In this document: in pieces, positions 1 through 9,730 of the stretch | How the letters are laid out: each line of letters begins with the position of its first letter | Position numbering within the stretch: the first letter of the stretch is position 1 | Assembly (NCBI GenBank): GCA_965221795.1 | Contig: OZ244914.1 | Coordinates: forward strand, 826,030-890,029 | DNA from: Candidatus Poriferihabitaceae bacterium | Lineage (GTDB): Bacteria; Pseudomonadota; Gammaproteobacteria; Arenicellales; Poriferihabitantaceae | Direction: 5' to 3' | DNA length: 64,000 nucleotides | Position numbers and translations under genes: made by a program | The notes under the pieces: generated by a model | Databases searched by the model: none | What the model was told of the DNA's origin: nothing | Seen by the model: the letters and a program-made list of their open reading frames with translations, nothing else

Positions 1-151
1 ACCGATACAAAGAACCTTTCGCAATAGATCCACCTCGGTGGAGAAGCGGTCTTGCGATGACAGCCTTTGCACTCCTGCCGAATGATGCGCTGCCACCCTG
101 TAAATCTGTCGCAAGATTCACTATAGTTGCGGGGGTACTCATGCCACCATC

Positions 152-400
152 ATGGGAATACTACATAATCGGCTCTGCATGACCCACTCAGCCAACATGT
201 CCGGAATGATCGTACTGACACTCACCGGGGGCTACCTGCTTGCCGGACTCCTGTTCGGAATCGCATTTTTCTTCCGGGGATATGTCGCCATTGAGCCCAA
301 GGCGCACGGGGCATCTATCCTGACTCGTTTGGTATGGACTCCCGCCTCAATTGTACTTTGGCCCTGCCTTCTCAAAAAGTGGATCCGAACCCGGTCATGA
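152..400 (+). CDS. small hydrophobic membrane protein (hypothetical)
   Basis: 82-aa ORF with two hydrophobic stretches. Its stop overlaps the next start (ATGA at 397-400). It is the first gene of a tightly coupled four-gene cluster. Confidence 0.35.
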   Translation: MGILHNRLCMTHSANMSGMIVLTLTGGYLLAGLLFGIAFFFRGYVAIEPKAHGASILTRLVWTPASIVLWPCLLKKWIRTRS

Positions 401-552
401 TCCGTCGCTGGCGTCAAGTACACAAATTTACATGGCTGGTTCTCGCCCCTGTCTTGTTGTTGCTGGTGATATTCGCGAGCAATTCCGTGACCGGGCCTGA
501 TCCAGACCATCATATGCCGCCCTCCCATCCATCCAAAGGCCCCCTGCCCTGA
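397..552 (+). CDS. small membrane protein (hypothetical)
   Basis: Internal ATG of the 334..552 ORF. It encodes MIRRWRQVHKF followed by one TM helix (WLVLAPVLLLLVIF). Translationally coupled to the upstream ORF. Confidence 0.3.
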   Translation: MIRRWRQVHKFTWLVLAPVLLLLVIFASNSVTGPDPDHHMPPSHPSKGPLP

Positions 553-576
553 ACACACCTTCCACTTCCAACATCC

Positions 577-1662
577 ATGAGCAAGGGCTATGTCACGGTA
601 AACTGGAATCGGCGTAAATGGATCTATGATCTGTGTCTATGGGCCGGCATGGCATGCTATCTGGTTGCCTTCGTGCTGGTCAGCAGGTCACTCTACCAAA
701 GCGATGAGTCCTTGCCATTACTGACCATCCTGTTGCGAGCCACCTCCAGTTGTGCCTTTGTTATGTTGACCCTGATCCTGTGTGTGGGCCCACTCGCTCG
801 CATGGACCATCGCTACCTACCACTGCTGTACAACCGCCGGCATTTTGGCGTTTCCATGTTTTTCATGGCTCTCCTTCATGCCTTGCTGGCCGTCTACTGG
901 CATCACAGTTTCGGCACAGTCAATCCATTCGTATCTGTCTTCCTTTCCGGTGGTGATTATGCATCCATCACAAATATTCCTTTCCAGGCACTGGGTGCCA
1001 TCGCCCTGATGCTGCTTTTTTTCCTTGCCGCCACCAGCCACGACTACTGGAACTCGATACTTGGCGGAGTGTGGTGGAAGGCTATTCATATGAGCATCTA
1101 TCCGGCGTATGCGCTGGTGGTCCTGCATGTGGTCTTCGGTGCGATGCAGCAGGATGTGACTGGATTCACGCCATGGATGGTCGGGCTCAGCGTGGGATTG
1201 GTAGGGGGGTTACATCTGCTCGCCGCATTTGTCCACTCAGGGGCAAGCCGCACTGTCACCAAGTCCGAGGAGCCATGGGTTCCAGTTGGCAGGTATCGGG
1301 ACATCCCCAATGATCGTGCAATTACCCTTGATCTTGGCAAGGATGAGCGTATCGCCATTTTCCGGTACAACGACAACCACCTCTGCGCTGTTTCCAATGT
1401 GTGCCCGCATCAAAATGGTCCCTTGGGAGAGGGCCGGGTCATCAATGGCCTGATTACTTGCCCATGGCATGGGTATCAGTATCGACCCCAAGACGGCTGT
1501 TCTCCCCCCCCCTTTACCGAAAAAGTCAGAACCTACCGCCTGAAACTGGAAGACGATCAGCTGTTCATTGATGCGAGCCCGTTGCCAGCAGGAGCCCCAC
1601 GGCCTGTTCTCGAAATCCCGGAAACAGGCCAGTTGGCAAATCATGGAGGAACCTCGACATGA
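577..1662 (+). CDS. membrane protein with a ferric-reductase-like heme-binding TM domain fused to a C-terminal Rieske [2Fe-2S] domain
   Basis: About 6 TM helices with paired conserved His residues (LLHALLAVYWHH, AIHMSIYPAYALVVLHVVF). C-terminal Rieske motifs CPHQNGPL and CPWHGYQY. Confidence 0.75.
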   Translation: MSKGYVTVNWNRRKWIYDLCLWAGMACYLVAFVLVSRSLYQSDESLPLLTILLRATSSCAFVMLTLILCVGPLARMDHRYLPLLYNRRHFGVSMFFMALLHALLAVYWHHSFGTVNPFVSVFLSGGDYASITNIPFQALGAIALMLLFFLAATSHDYWNSILGGVWWKAIHMSIYPAYALVVLHVVFGAMQQDVTGFTPWMVGLSVGLVGGLHLLAAFVHSGASRTVTKSEEPWVPVGRYRDIPNDRAITLDLGKDERIAIFRYNDNHLCAVSNVCPHQNGPLGEGRVINGLITCPWHGYQYRPQDGCSPPPFTEKVRTYRLKLEDDQLFIDASPLPAGAPRPVLEIPETGQLANHGGTST

Positions 1663-2426
1663 AGGATCCAGAGCTTCCTTTTTTTGTTGGCTACCTGCCG
1701 ACTCCAAAATCACTGGCAAGGTTCTATCGAATTCTGACCATGACACTTGTCGTCGGTTGTGGCCTGCTCGGGTACTGGCTGGGGACGCAACAAAAGCCTT
1801 CCGACCCGGGGCGGTGGGTGGTGGATTCCCCCATTACCATGACGGGCATACTGCAAGTGTCGCCATATCCTGTGCTTCATCGCACCCACCCCGATGACCC
1901 GACCCGTATCGAATCCGTGCTCCTCGTTCGGCAGGGGAAACACACTGCTGCAAGCCTGATGAACCATTTGGACGGACAAACAGCCTTGGTGACCGGGGCA
2001 CTGATCCAACGAGGAGGCTGGACCATGCTGGAGGTCTCCTCAAGGAAAAATTTCGCAGTCGCCCAAGACTCCGAGCAGGCCGCGATCCGTCACCGCCTGG
2101 GAATGGAAACCCTGGGCATGATCACACTCACGGGAGAAATCGTCGATTCCAAGTGCTTTCTGGGGGTAATGAAGCCTGGCCATGGCACAATACACCAACC
2201 TTGTGCCGAAGTCTGCCTGCTGGGCGGCATTCCTGCCATGCTGGTGTCAAAAGCGGCCGATGGCTTCAAATACGGATACCTACTGGTCCAGGCAGATGGC
2301 TCTCCCGCATCGGCTTTTGTGGCTTCCATGGCTGCGAAGCCGGTCACGGTCCGTGGCGAACTCCAGCGCCAGGGAGACCTGATGTATCTGCGCATGCCAG
2401 AGACCTTGCCAACGCCGTCTACCTGA
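1659..2426 (+). CDS. hypothetical protein with an N-terminal TM anchor
   Basis: 255-aa ORF whose start overlaps the upstream stop (ATGA). One N-terminal hydrophobic helix. No family recognised. Confidence 0.5.
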   Translation: MKDPELPFFVGYLPTPKSLARFYRILTMTLVVGCGLLGYWLGTQQKPSDPGRWVVDSPITMTGILQVSPYPVLHRTHPDDPTRIESVLLVRQGKHTAASLMNHLDGQTALVTGALIQRGGWTMLEVSSRKNFAVAQDSEQAAIRHRLGMETLGMITLTGEIVDSKCFLGVMKPGHGTIHQPCAEVCLLGGIPAMLVSKAADGFKYGYLLVQADGSPASAFVASMAAKPVTVRGELQRQGDLMYLRMPETLPTPST

Positions 2427-2488
2427 TCGGTAACAGCGCCCTACCGATACTCACCTGCTTTCTGCCGCCTTAGGTACCATAGGTATCC

Positions 2489-3076
2489 ATGTCAAGCCAT
2501 CCGCCGATTGTTCTGGCATCCAGTTCCCCTTATCGGCGGGCCATACTGGAACGCCTGGGGTTGGAATTCTTTCATTGTGCTCCAAATATCGATGAGTCAT
2601 ACCGGCGGGCAGAACCCCCAGATGACCTCGTACGCCGGCTGTCGATAGCAAAGGCATCTGCCGTTGCCGGACTCTACCCTCGGAGCTTGGTCATCGGTGC
2701 CGATCAACTGGCCGTACTGGATGGCCAGATCATGGGGAAACCGGCGAATCATATGGAAGCGATCTACCAGCTTCGATCTGCTTCCGGCTCTTGCATGACA
2801 CTGCACTGCGGTATTGCCGTCTTGAATACGGCCACCGAACAGGTTCAATCTGGCGTAGAACATGTGGACGTCGAATACCGAACACTGACCACATCGGAAA
2901 TCTACCGTTATCTGGCAGTCGACCAACCGTATGACTGTTGTGGCAGCCTCAAGGCTGAAGGACTGGGCATTTCGCTACTGCACCGGATTCGAAGCAATGA
3001 TCCCCATGCCATTACCGGACTCCCAGCCCTCCGGCTGCTGTCCATGTTGCGCAACGAAGGGATAGCCATACCCTGA
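2489..3076 (+). CDS. maf: Maf-family nucleoside triphosphate pyrophosphatase (YceF-like)
   Basis: N-terminal LASSSPYRRAILERLGL, then GADQ..VLDG...GKP and a C-terminal GLP motif. The length of 195 aa is typical of Maf/YceF. Confidence 0.85.
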   Translation: MSSHPPIVLASSSPYRRAILERLGLEFFHCAPNIDESYRRAEPPDDLVRRLSIAKASAVAGLYPRSLVIGADQLAVLDGQIMGKPANHMEAIYQLRSASGSCMTLHCGIAVLNTATEQVQSGVEHVDVEYRTLTTSEIYRYLAVDQPYDCCGSLKAEGLGISLLHRIRSNDPHAITGLPALRLLSMLRNEGIAIP

Positions 3077-3140
3077 CGGATTCACCGGTACGACCAATTC
3101 CGCTTTGACACGACATGGATGAATCGGGCGGCACAATGGA

Positions 3141-5189
3141 TCATGCCGCGACATGCCCTACGAAATTCCCATCCCGAATTTCGGCAATGCGATCGCGAAC
3201 CCGGGCCGCTTGCTCGAATTCCAGATTTTTGGCATGCGCATACATTTCCTTTTCCAGCTTGGTCAGCAACTTGCCCAATGACTTCGGCGTCATACCGGAC
3301 AGATCCTCCTCCTGACTGGCCTCATCCGCATAGGGGGATGCATAGCCGCGCTCCGGACTTTTGGCGATCACGCCATCGATAATCTCTTTGACCGGCTTGG
3401 AGATGGAGCGGGGTACAATGCCATGCTCACAGTTGAAAGATTGCTGTCTGTTTCGACGACGCTCGGTTTCGCTGATCGCCACCTCCATGGAAGGCGTTGT
3501 TTTATCGGCATAGAGAATGACTTTGCCGTCCACATTACGTGCTGCACGACCGATGGTCTGGATGAGTGACCGCCCTGACCGCAAAAACCCTTCCTTGTCC
3601 GCATCCAGGATGGCCACCAGCGAAACTTCTGGAATATCCAGCCCTTCCCGAAGCAGATTGATGCCAACCAGAACATCGAATATGCCTTTTCGCAAATCGC
3701 GAATGATCTCCACCCGCTCCACTGTATCAATGTCTGAATGTAAGTACCGGACACGCACACCATGTTCATGCAGATATTCCGTCAAATCCTCCGCCATTCG
3801 CTTGGTCAGAGTCGTCACCAGCACTCGGCTGCCTCGATTGGCATGCAAATGAATTTCGGACAGCAGGTCATCGACTTGGCTCATGACCGGACGGACTTCC
3901 ACTTCCGGGTCCAGCAACCCGGTGGGACGAACTACCTGCTCTACAACATCCGGAGCATGCTCTCCCTCATACGGTCCAGGGGTCGCAGAAACAAAAATCA
4001 CCTGCCCGATCATACTTTCAAACTCATCGAAGCGTAACGGCCGGTTATCCAGCGCAGACGGCAATCGGAATCCATATTCCACCAGCGTCTCTTTTCGGGA
4101 ACGATCCCCGTTGTACATCGCCCCGATCTGGGGAACCGTAGCATGGCTCTCGTCGATAAAGACAATGGCATCGGAAGGGAGATAATCAATCAGGGTGGGC
4201 GGCGGTTCACCGGGCTGACGGCCGGACAAATAACGCGAATAGTTTTCAATACCGTGGCAATAGCCGAGTTCACGCATCATTTCGATATCAAACCGTGTTC
4301 GCTGCTCCAGGCGCTGTGCTTCCACCAACTTTCCAGTCCCATGCAAGACCCGGAGTCGCTCCTTGAGTTCCGCCGCAATATCATCTACTACATCCAGAAT
4401 GGTCTGTCGAGCGGTCACATAATGACTCTTGGGGTACACCGTCACCCGGGTGAGATGACCCTCAGCACTACCGGTTAATGGATCAAAGCGTAATAGCCCA
4501 TCAATCTCGTCATCAAACAGTTGAACCCGTACTGCCAGCTTTTCGGATTCGGAAGGATACACATCAATTACGTCTCCACGGACTCGAAAGGTACCGCGCC
4601 GCAATTCCACATCATTGCGGGTGTACTGCATTTCCGCCAATCTTTTGAGAATCGCTCTCTGGCTGATTCGCTCACCACGTTTCAAGTGCAGGATCATGCC
4701 ATGGTATGACTTCGGGTCTCCGAGTCCGTAGATCGCAGACACGGTAGCGACGATGATGGCATCACGCCGCTCCAGAAGGGCCTTGGTTGCTGAAAGCCGC
4801 ATCTGATCAATATGCTCATTGACGGAAGCATCTTTTTCAATGTAGGTATCCGAACTCGGAACATATGCTTCCGGTTGATAGTAATCGTAATAGGAAACAA
4901 AATACTCCACAGCATTCTGGGGGAAAAAGTCCCGCATCTCGGAGTAAAGCTGGGCAGCCAAGGTCTTGTTATGCGCCATAATCAATGCGGGACGCCCTGT
5001 CCGGGCGATGATATTGGCCATGGTGAAGGTTTTACCCGAACCCGTCACTCCAAGGAGAGTCTGATATGCCTCCCCTTCTCCGAGACCATTGATCAGGCTT
5101 CTGATCGCTTGCGGCTGGTCACCGGCAGGTGCAAAGTCACTCTGTAGTTGGTACAGTGGATGCTCGGTTTTGGTCTGGGAAGCAACCAT
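3141..5189 (-). CDS. uvrB: excinuclease ABC subunit B
   Basis: Walker [14 protein letters not shown], helicase motifs, C-terminal UVR motif ([12 protein letters not shown]). 682 aa. Confidence 0.97.
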   Translation of the reverse strand: MVASQTKTEHPLYQLQSDFAPAGDQPQAIRSLINGLGEGEAYQTLLGVTGSGKTFTMANIIARTGRPALIMAHNKTLAAQLYSEMRDFFPQNAVEYFVSYYDYYQPEAYVPSSDTYIEKDASVNEHIDQMRLSATKALLERRDAIIVATVSAIYGLGDPKSYHGMILHLKRGERISQRAILKRLAEMQYTRNDVELRRGTFRVRGDVIDVYPSESEKLAVRVQLFDDEIDGLLRFDPLTGSAEGHLTRVTVYPKSHYVTARQTILDVVDDIAAELKERLRVLHGTGKLVEAQRLEQRTRFDIEMMRELGYCHGIENYSRYLSGRQPGEPPPTLIDYLPSDAIVFIDESHATVPQIGAMYNGDRSRKETLVEYGFRLPSALDNRPLRFDEFESMIGQVIFVSATPGPYEGEHAPDVVEQVVRPTGLLDPEVEVRPVMSQVDDLLSEIHLHANRGSRVLVTTLTKRMAEDLTEYLHEHGVRVRYLHSDIDTVERVEIIRDLRKGIFDVLVGINLLREGLDIPEVSLVAILDADKEGFLRSGRSLIQTIGRAARNVDGKVILYADKTTPSMEVAISETERRRNRQQSFNCEHGIVPRSISKPVKEIIDGVIAKSPERGYASPYADEASQEEDLSGMTPKSLGKLLTKLEKEMYAHAKNLEFEQAARVRDRIAEIRDGNFVGHVAA

Positions 5190-5284
5190 GAAATAAAGTG
5201 AGCTTTTTGGGTTAGAATGAAGCAGAAAACTTGCGAATTGTACTTGACGCCTGTGCAGAGGCGCATTAGTATTCGCGGCCCTAT

Positions 5285-5360
5285 TCCCCCGTAGCTCAGT
5301 TGGTAGAGCAGTTGACTGTTAATCAATGGGTCCCTGGTTCGAGTCCGGGCGGGGGAGCCA
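5285..5360 (+). tRNA. tRNA-Asn (anticodon GTT)
   Basis: Cloverleaf read by hand. Acceptor TCCCCCG/CGGGGGA, anticodon loop CTGTTAA, T-loop GGTTCGAGTCC, encoded CCA. Close to the E. coli tRNA-Asn pattern. Confidence 0.9.
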
Positions 5361-5707
5361 AAACCTAAAGGGAATAGATGGGAGTGGCATTGGCTGCCTT
5401 TTCCCCATCGTATTCCTGACTCGACGCACGAATACTTTGTTTCACTCGGAGTATATCCCGGAGTAAGCAAATGTATCAAACCCGATTCCGATTCTCGGAA
5501 GAACGTGGAGTTTCGGTCCTTCTGGCAGCGGACATCTCCCGTCATCATCTGCTTGTCTAATCCTGCCTGCACCCACGGTCCTCGGGCCCGGTGCTTTGTT
5601 TCAATCCCGGGCGTTCGCCCGATACCCGCATGGGGAGATTCCTTCCCCATCCGGGGCTGGTCTTCGTCCTCATGTCCCTGATTTTTTCCCTGCATGAGGA
5701 ATGGACG

Positions 5708-6364
5708 ATGAGCGATGACACTTCATCCGATCGCGCGTACAACGTGATCACCCGGGGATTCGGTTATCTCAACCGGATCCGCGAAATCCGCCCGCCCGCG
5801 GGCCCCTCGTACCTCGCCTGTGACGTGGCCCTGCTCCATGGGCTGGCGGACCGGGTCGAGAAGATCCGGTTCTCGTGCGTGATCCGCGGCTCATCGGCCG
5901 TGGCGATCGTGCGGCAGCACTTCACCACTGCCGACGGCACCGTGGCGTCGCCGGAGAGGCCGGTGATGGCCAGCCTGAGCCTCGGCGGCCTCCGTGCCGA
6001 GACCTTCGTCTACCGCAAGGGCGAGAAGCAAGGGCAGACCGGCATCGCCCTGCGCTCGACCCTGCTGGCCATCGAATGGCTGCGAATCGGTCGTCAGGTC
6101 ATCGACCTGAACGCCGGTCGGTCGGCGAGCGAGCCCGCGGAGCGGCCAGCCCCGGTGCCGAAAGAACCGGCGTTTGTCGCCGAGATGCGGGCCGAGGTCC
6201 GCCAGTCGGGCACGGTGCAGTTGGCGAAGGATCACCCGGAGTTCGAGGAACGCCGGGCCTTCCTGCGCGATCACGGCTTCACCTGGAGCCGGTCGCAAGC
6301 GGCCTGGGTCCGCAAGTCGCCCCCCGAGGCGGGGACGACGCCGGAACCGGAGGCACCGTTCTAG
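5708..6364 (+). CDS. DUF3577 / STY4534-family ICE-associated protein
   Basis: FGYLNRIREIRP..YLACDV motif, remembered from the DUF3577 proteins of PFGI-1/ICEclc-type elements. High GC. Lies just downstream of tRNA-Asn. Start chosen at the internal ATG (MSDDTSS). Confidence 0.6.
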   Translation: MSDDTSSDRAYNVITRGFGYLNRIREIRPPAGPSYLACDVALLHGLADRVEKIRFSCVIRGSSAVAIVRQHFTTADGTVASPERPVMASLSLGGLRAETFVYRKGEKQGQTGIALRSTLLAIEWLRIGRQVIDLNAGRSASEPAERPAPVPKEPAFVAEMRAEVRQSGTVQLAKDHPEFEERRAFLRDHGFTWSRSQAAWVRKSPPEAGTTPEPEAPF

Positions 6365-6527
6365 CGCGAAGTACGACGGGGGAAGTCGACGGCCTTTCGA
6401 GGCCGTCGCTTCCCGCGATTTGCCAATCCATGGGCCAGTGGCCCATTCCCCCGCACGGGACGATTTCGTTCCCGGTGGGGCACGGTCGACTCCCGTGCTT
6501 TTCTTTTGTCCCCTTGAGGAGTAGACT

Positions 6528-6830
6528 ATGTCCACCCATTCGGAAAACGCCGACATTCAGGCGTATGAAATCATGAAGAAACGCGGTTTCGAAACTGGCG
6601 ACATCGCCAAGCTTGCCAAGTATCTCGACCGGCACCAGAAGAGGACGATGCAGCCTTTTCTGGACCGGATTGATGCCCGGTTCGATCAACTCGAAGCCCG
6701 TCTTCGGGCGGAGCTGGTGTCCAAGAAGGAAGCCCGCTGGACGCTCGGTCTCCTGGCCGCGCTGGTAGCGGTGGCGGCACCAGAAGCCCTTGATCAAGTC
6801 GCCGAGGTGTGGCAATTCTTCAAGCGCTGA
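6528..6830 (+). CDS. small coiled-coil protein with a C-terminal TM helix (DUF1640-like)
   Basis: 100-aa ORF with a coiled-coil segment (RIDARFDQLEARLRAEL) followed by WTLGLLAALVAVAA. A decayed paralogue lies at 60603..60854. Confidence 0.4.
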   Translation: MSTHSENADIQAYEIMKKRGFETGDIAKLAKYLDRHQKRTMQPFLDRIDARFDQLEARLRAELVSKKEARWTLGLLAALVAVAAPEALDQVAEVWQFFKR

Positions 6831-6861
6831 CCCCCCGAGGCTCCCGTGCGGAACCTTTCCA

Positions 6862-6891
6862 GACCCCGACTTCGGTCGGGGTTTTCTTTTG
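6862..6891 (+). terminator. Rho-independent terminator
   Basis: GACCCCGAC-TTCG-GTCGGGGT hairpin followed by TTTCTTTTG, 30 nt after the 6830 stop. Confidence 0.6.
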
Positions 6892-7176
6892 CCACCGGCT
6901 CGACTTTCCTACCCTGGTAGAAAACCGGCGCGCTGTCAATAGCGAAAGTTCATTGAATTTTAAAGGAAAAAAGTGCCCGGACTTTCCCTCGAGAAGCTTG
7001 AATAGGGAAATCGGCATGAAAAAGGGCAGTTTCCGGGCCACCCTGATTGATCGATAACTAACCGATATCTACCAAGCGGGACACTTACCGTCATATCGCA
7101 TCGGCGCAAAAGATTTCCGGTCAACAGCTCGTGCTTCCGGTAAGGGTCATTCGTCCGATCCGGATCCCGGTTTTTT

Positions 7177-7198
7177 GGGGGGGGGGGGGGGGGGGGGG
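7177..7198. repeat. homopolymeric G22 tract (C22 on the minus strand)
   Basis: Counted directly: 22 consecutive G. Lies between the convergent genes 6528..6830 and 7422..8249. Confidence 0.95.
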
Positions 7199-7421
7199 TA
7201 AGGTCTCGGTATAGCCACGTTGGTGTAGAAGACTGTAAATGAAAGCACTGTTCAACGATTCGGTATTGAGCGTAACGGTGTCGTCCAGATTGAAAGAGTT
7301 GCAAAAGTCTGAAATCATAGGCGAGACCAGTCCGGTATCCTGCCTTCTTAAAACCAAGGTCCAATCCTCCACCAACCGCTGAACAAGGAGAGTATGGCGC
7401 GTTCTGCTTCCCTTTTTTGCG

Positions 7422-8249
7422 TCATGGCATATCGATCTGGGAATTGGCACCTCGTTTGGCAAGAAACGTGCATAGGCTGCAAGCAAGAGCAACGACGAGT
7501 TCAGCCTCTTCGCTGCTTACCGACTGACCTTCTTGAATATGGCGTGCACGACCAGATGCGTAGCCCCAGATTTTTTCAACTGCAGTATCGAGCGGCTGGG
7601 GGAGATTCAGATGGCGGATAAGGCTCCCTAAAGTCCGCTTGGGTTTGCCAGAGACTTCCCGAGCCGTGCATTCGAGAGCGGCCATGACATGCTGGATCGC
7701 ACCCGTTACGTCTGGCTCCGGCCTTCGCGAAATATCCTGTAATGCCTCGCGGATTTCCCTGGCCGAGGACACATGGTCGTTCTCTTCAAGAATTTCTCCG
7801 ACTTGCTTTGTGGTCTTCATGAATGTCTCGGATCCGCGATACATAATCAGGCCATCAGTCATTTGCCAACCGATGCCATTTTCAACAAAGACTTCGTTCA
7901 GTTGCTCCTCAAATCTCTGTGCTCTTTTCATGTCCCAGGGACTAGCCAGGCTCTCGAAGACTTTTTCCGCTATGTCGTATACCTTGAACCATGGGCACCC
8001 GGAAATAAGATAGTACACCTCGTCCGATACGTTGGGATAATCAGTCCAGTTGGTTGGGTCTGGCCGTTTCTGAAGTACAAGGCAAACCACTTGGCGCATG
8101 GGCGTCGGGCCCATCCCCACATCTGCCGCGATCTGCGGAATAGCATCTCGCAATTCTTTCGGCGCATCTTCGCGTAACGAAATCTCCGGTTCTGGTATTC
8201 GATAACCGTGCCGAGTCGAAAACCGGGTTCCTTTGGGTTGCTTATTCAT
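7422..8249 (-). CDS. putative abortive-infection-type protein (AbiJ N-terminal-domain-like, helical C-terminal half)
   Basis: 275-aa ORF. N-terminal FSTRHGY...APKELRDAI and C-terminal DVTGAIQHVMAALECTAREV...WGYASGRARH resemble, from memory, AbiJ-NTD4/HEPN-like defence proteins. Sits beside an R-M cassette. Confidence 0.4.
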   Translation of the reverse strand: MNKQPKGTRFSTRHGYRIPEPEISLREDAPKELRDAIPQIAADVGMGPTPMRQVVCLVLQKRPDPTNWTDYPNVSDEVYYLISGCPWFKVYDIAEKVFESLASPWDMKRAQRFEEQLNEVFVENGIGWQMTDGLIMYRGSETFMKTTKQVGEILEENDHVSSAREIREALQDISRRPEPDVTGAIQHVMAALECTAREVSGKPKRTLGSLIRHLNLPQPLDTAVEKIWGYASGRARHIQEGQSVSSEEAELVVALACSLCTFLAKRGANSQIDMP

Positions 8250-8437
8250 GGATTTTTCAATTTGCTGGTGCAGGGACGGGATCCCAACGATTAATCCATA
8301 CTGTCAAGCAGGCTGGGCTTGGCAACCCAAACCGCACCTGCTCGGCAGTCTATAACATTTGCTATCATGCGCAATCGTCAAGGGCGTTGCAATGCGAATT
8401 GATTAGTGCCCTGAAATGTTTGATGAGCGACTCCTTT

Positions 8438-9364
8438 TCACGAATGAGCGTGAGTCAGCAACAATCTGTCTGCAACGACTTCACCTTCCAATGATTGCCC
8501 TCCCATTTGGAAACGTCTCAGCATTGATCTGCCACAGTTTACTTGCACTTCCTTTTCAAAAAGATTGTCTGGGATAGAGTAGTTGCATTCCATAGCACCT
8601 GATTTTTTAAACCCATCAAGACTGAGGGCTACGAATACGCCGCGCTTCTTTGCCCGCTGAATAACTGAAAACAAGTGATCTTGATTGAATGACTGTGCCC
8701 CATAAAGTATTGCTTGGCTATGTGAATACGGGGGGTCACAATACACCACATCGCCCTCAACTGCCCTGTCAATCGACTCTTCGTACTCCCGATGAAAAAA
8801 ATCTGTCCCTTCCACTCGTTTTGACCATTCGTCCACTCGCCGAGCGAATGTGCCGTGATGAATGGGGTTATGGATTCCGCATGGGGTTGACATATACCCG
8901 TCACTCATCCTGAACCGCATCACACCCCCATAAGCCGAACGACTCAAATACAGCAAGTCAGCCGCATTGGGATTTGCATTGTAACGGGCTTTAATTTTCT
9001 CGTATTGCGCTACCTTATCTCCAGACTTTCCTTCTTCCCAGCGCTCGCGGTACCACTGCTTCAGTTTTTCAGGATTGGACTTGAGCGTTTTCCATATTCT
9101 AACGAGCGGTTTGAAGCTGTCAGCGCCTTCCGCTTTTCCAGGAGCTAAAACAGCCAAGACTCCACCAGAACCAATAAAAGGCTCATGGTAGGTGTCAAAT
9201 CTCTTGGGGAAATATGAAATAATCTCGTGAGCAAACCGCTGCTTGTTGCCAATCCATTTGAGCAACTGGTTCTTGTATGGCTGAGTAGGTTGAGAAGTGT
9301 CTCCATGAAGAATTTTAGCTTTTGGAGGTTCTTCCGGTAAATCAAGTTGTAACTGTAACTGCAT
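8438..9364 (-). CDS. Dam-type (D12 class) N6-adenine DNA methyltransferase
   Basis: Motif I EPFIGSGGV and motif IV DPPY (VVYCDPPYSHSQ) in alpha-class order. Start placed at the internal ATG (MQLQLQL). Confidence 0.85.
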   Translation of the reverse strand: MQLQLQLDLPEEPPKAKILHGDTSQPTQPYKNQLLKWIGNKQRFAHEIISYFPKRFDTYHEPFIGSGGVLAVLAPGKAEGADSFKPLVRIWKTLKSNPEKLKQWYRERWEEGKSGDKVAQYEKIKARYNANPNAADLLYLSRSAYGGVMRFRMSDGYMSTPCGIHNPIHHGTFARRVDEWSKRVEGTDFFHREYEESIDRAVEGDVVYCDPPYSHSQAILYGAQSFNQDHLFSVIQRAKKRGVFVALSLDGFKKSGAMECNYSIPDNLFEKEVQVNCGRSMLRRFQMGGQSLEGEVVADRLLLTHAHS

Positions 9365-9469
9365 GTCGGACTCTTTATTCAGCCATATCGCTGAAAACAC
9401 CATACCCGATTTTGGGATATTTTGCAAGGAGTTGTATCATTGATTAGTGAATTAAACCCATTCAATTCA

Positions 9470-9730
9470 ATGTACGGCCTTTGCACAAATGCCCACAAAG
9501 TGTTGCTGGATTTGCTAAGAGAAATCCGCATAGGCGCTGGTCTAAGGCAGGTTGACCTAGCTAGAAAGCTAAATGTCCCCCAATCTCGAATTAGCAAGCT
9601 TGAATTGGGAGAAAGACGAATTGATTTAATTGAACTTCGTGGGATTTGCAAAGCTTTAAACAAGCCCCTCATTGAGGTTATTCAAGAATTTGAGCGGCGA
9701 GTAGGAGGACAAGATATTGAGGCCAAATAA
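9470..9730 (+). CDS. XRE-family HTH protein, likely R-M controller (C) protein
   Basis: HTH LRQVDLARKLNVPQSRISKLELGERR. Divergent from the methylase. Its stop overlaps the start of the downstream putative endonuclease. Confidence 0.7.
   Translation: MYGLCTNAHKVLLDLLREIRIGAGLRQVDLARKLNVPQSRISKLELGERRIDLIELRGICKALNKPLIEVIQEFERRVGGQDIEAK

Noticed and set aside
5093-5695. 200-aa minus-strand ORF spanning the uvrB upstream region and tRNA-Asn.
   Set aside because: It overlaps a well-formed tRNA gene on the opposite strand and the uvrB start, and it has no recognisable features.
9365-9469. C-box operators in the methylase / controller divergent intergenic region.
   Set aside because: There is only a weak inverted repeat (GTGAAT..ATTCAA) and nothing resembling the canonical GACT/AGTC C-box pairs. 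It is not annotated.
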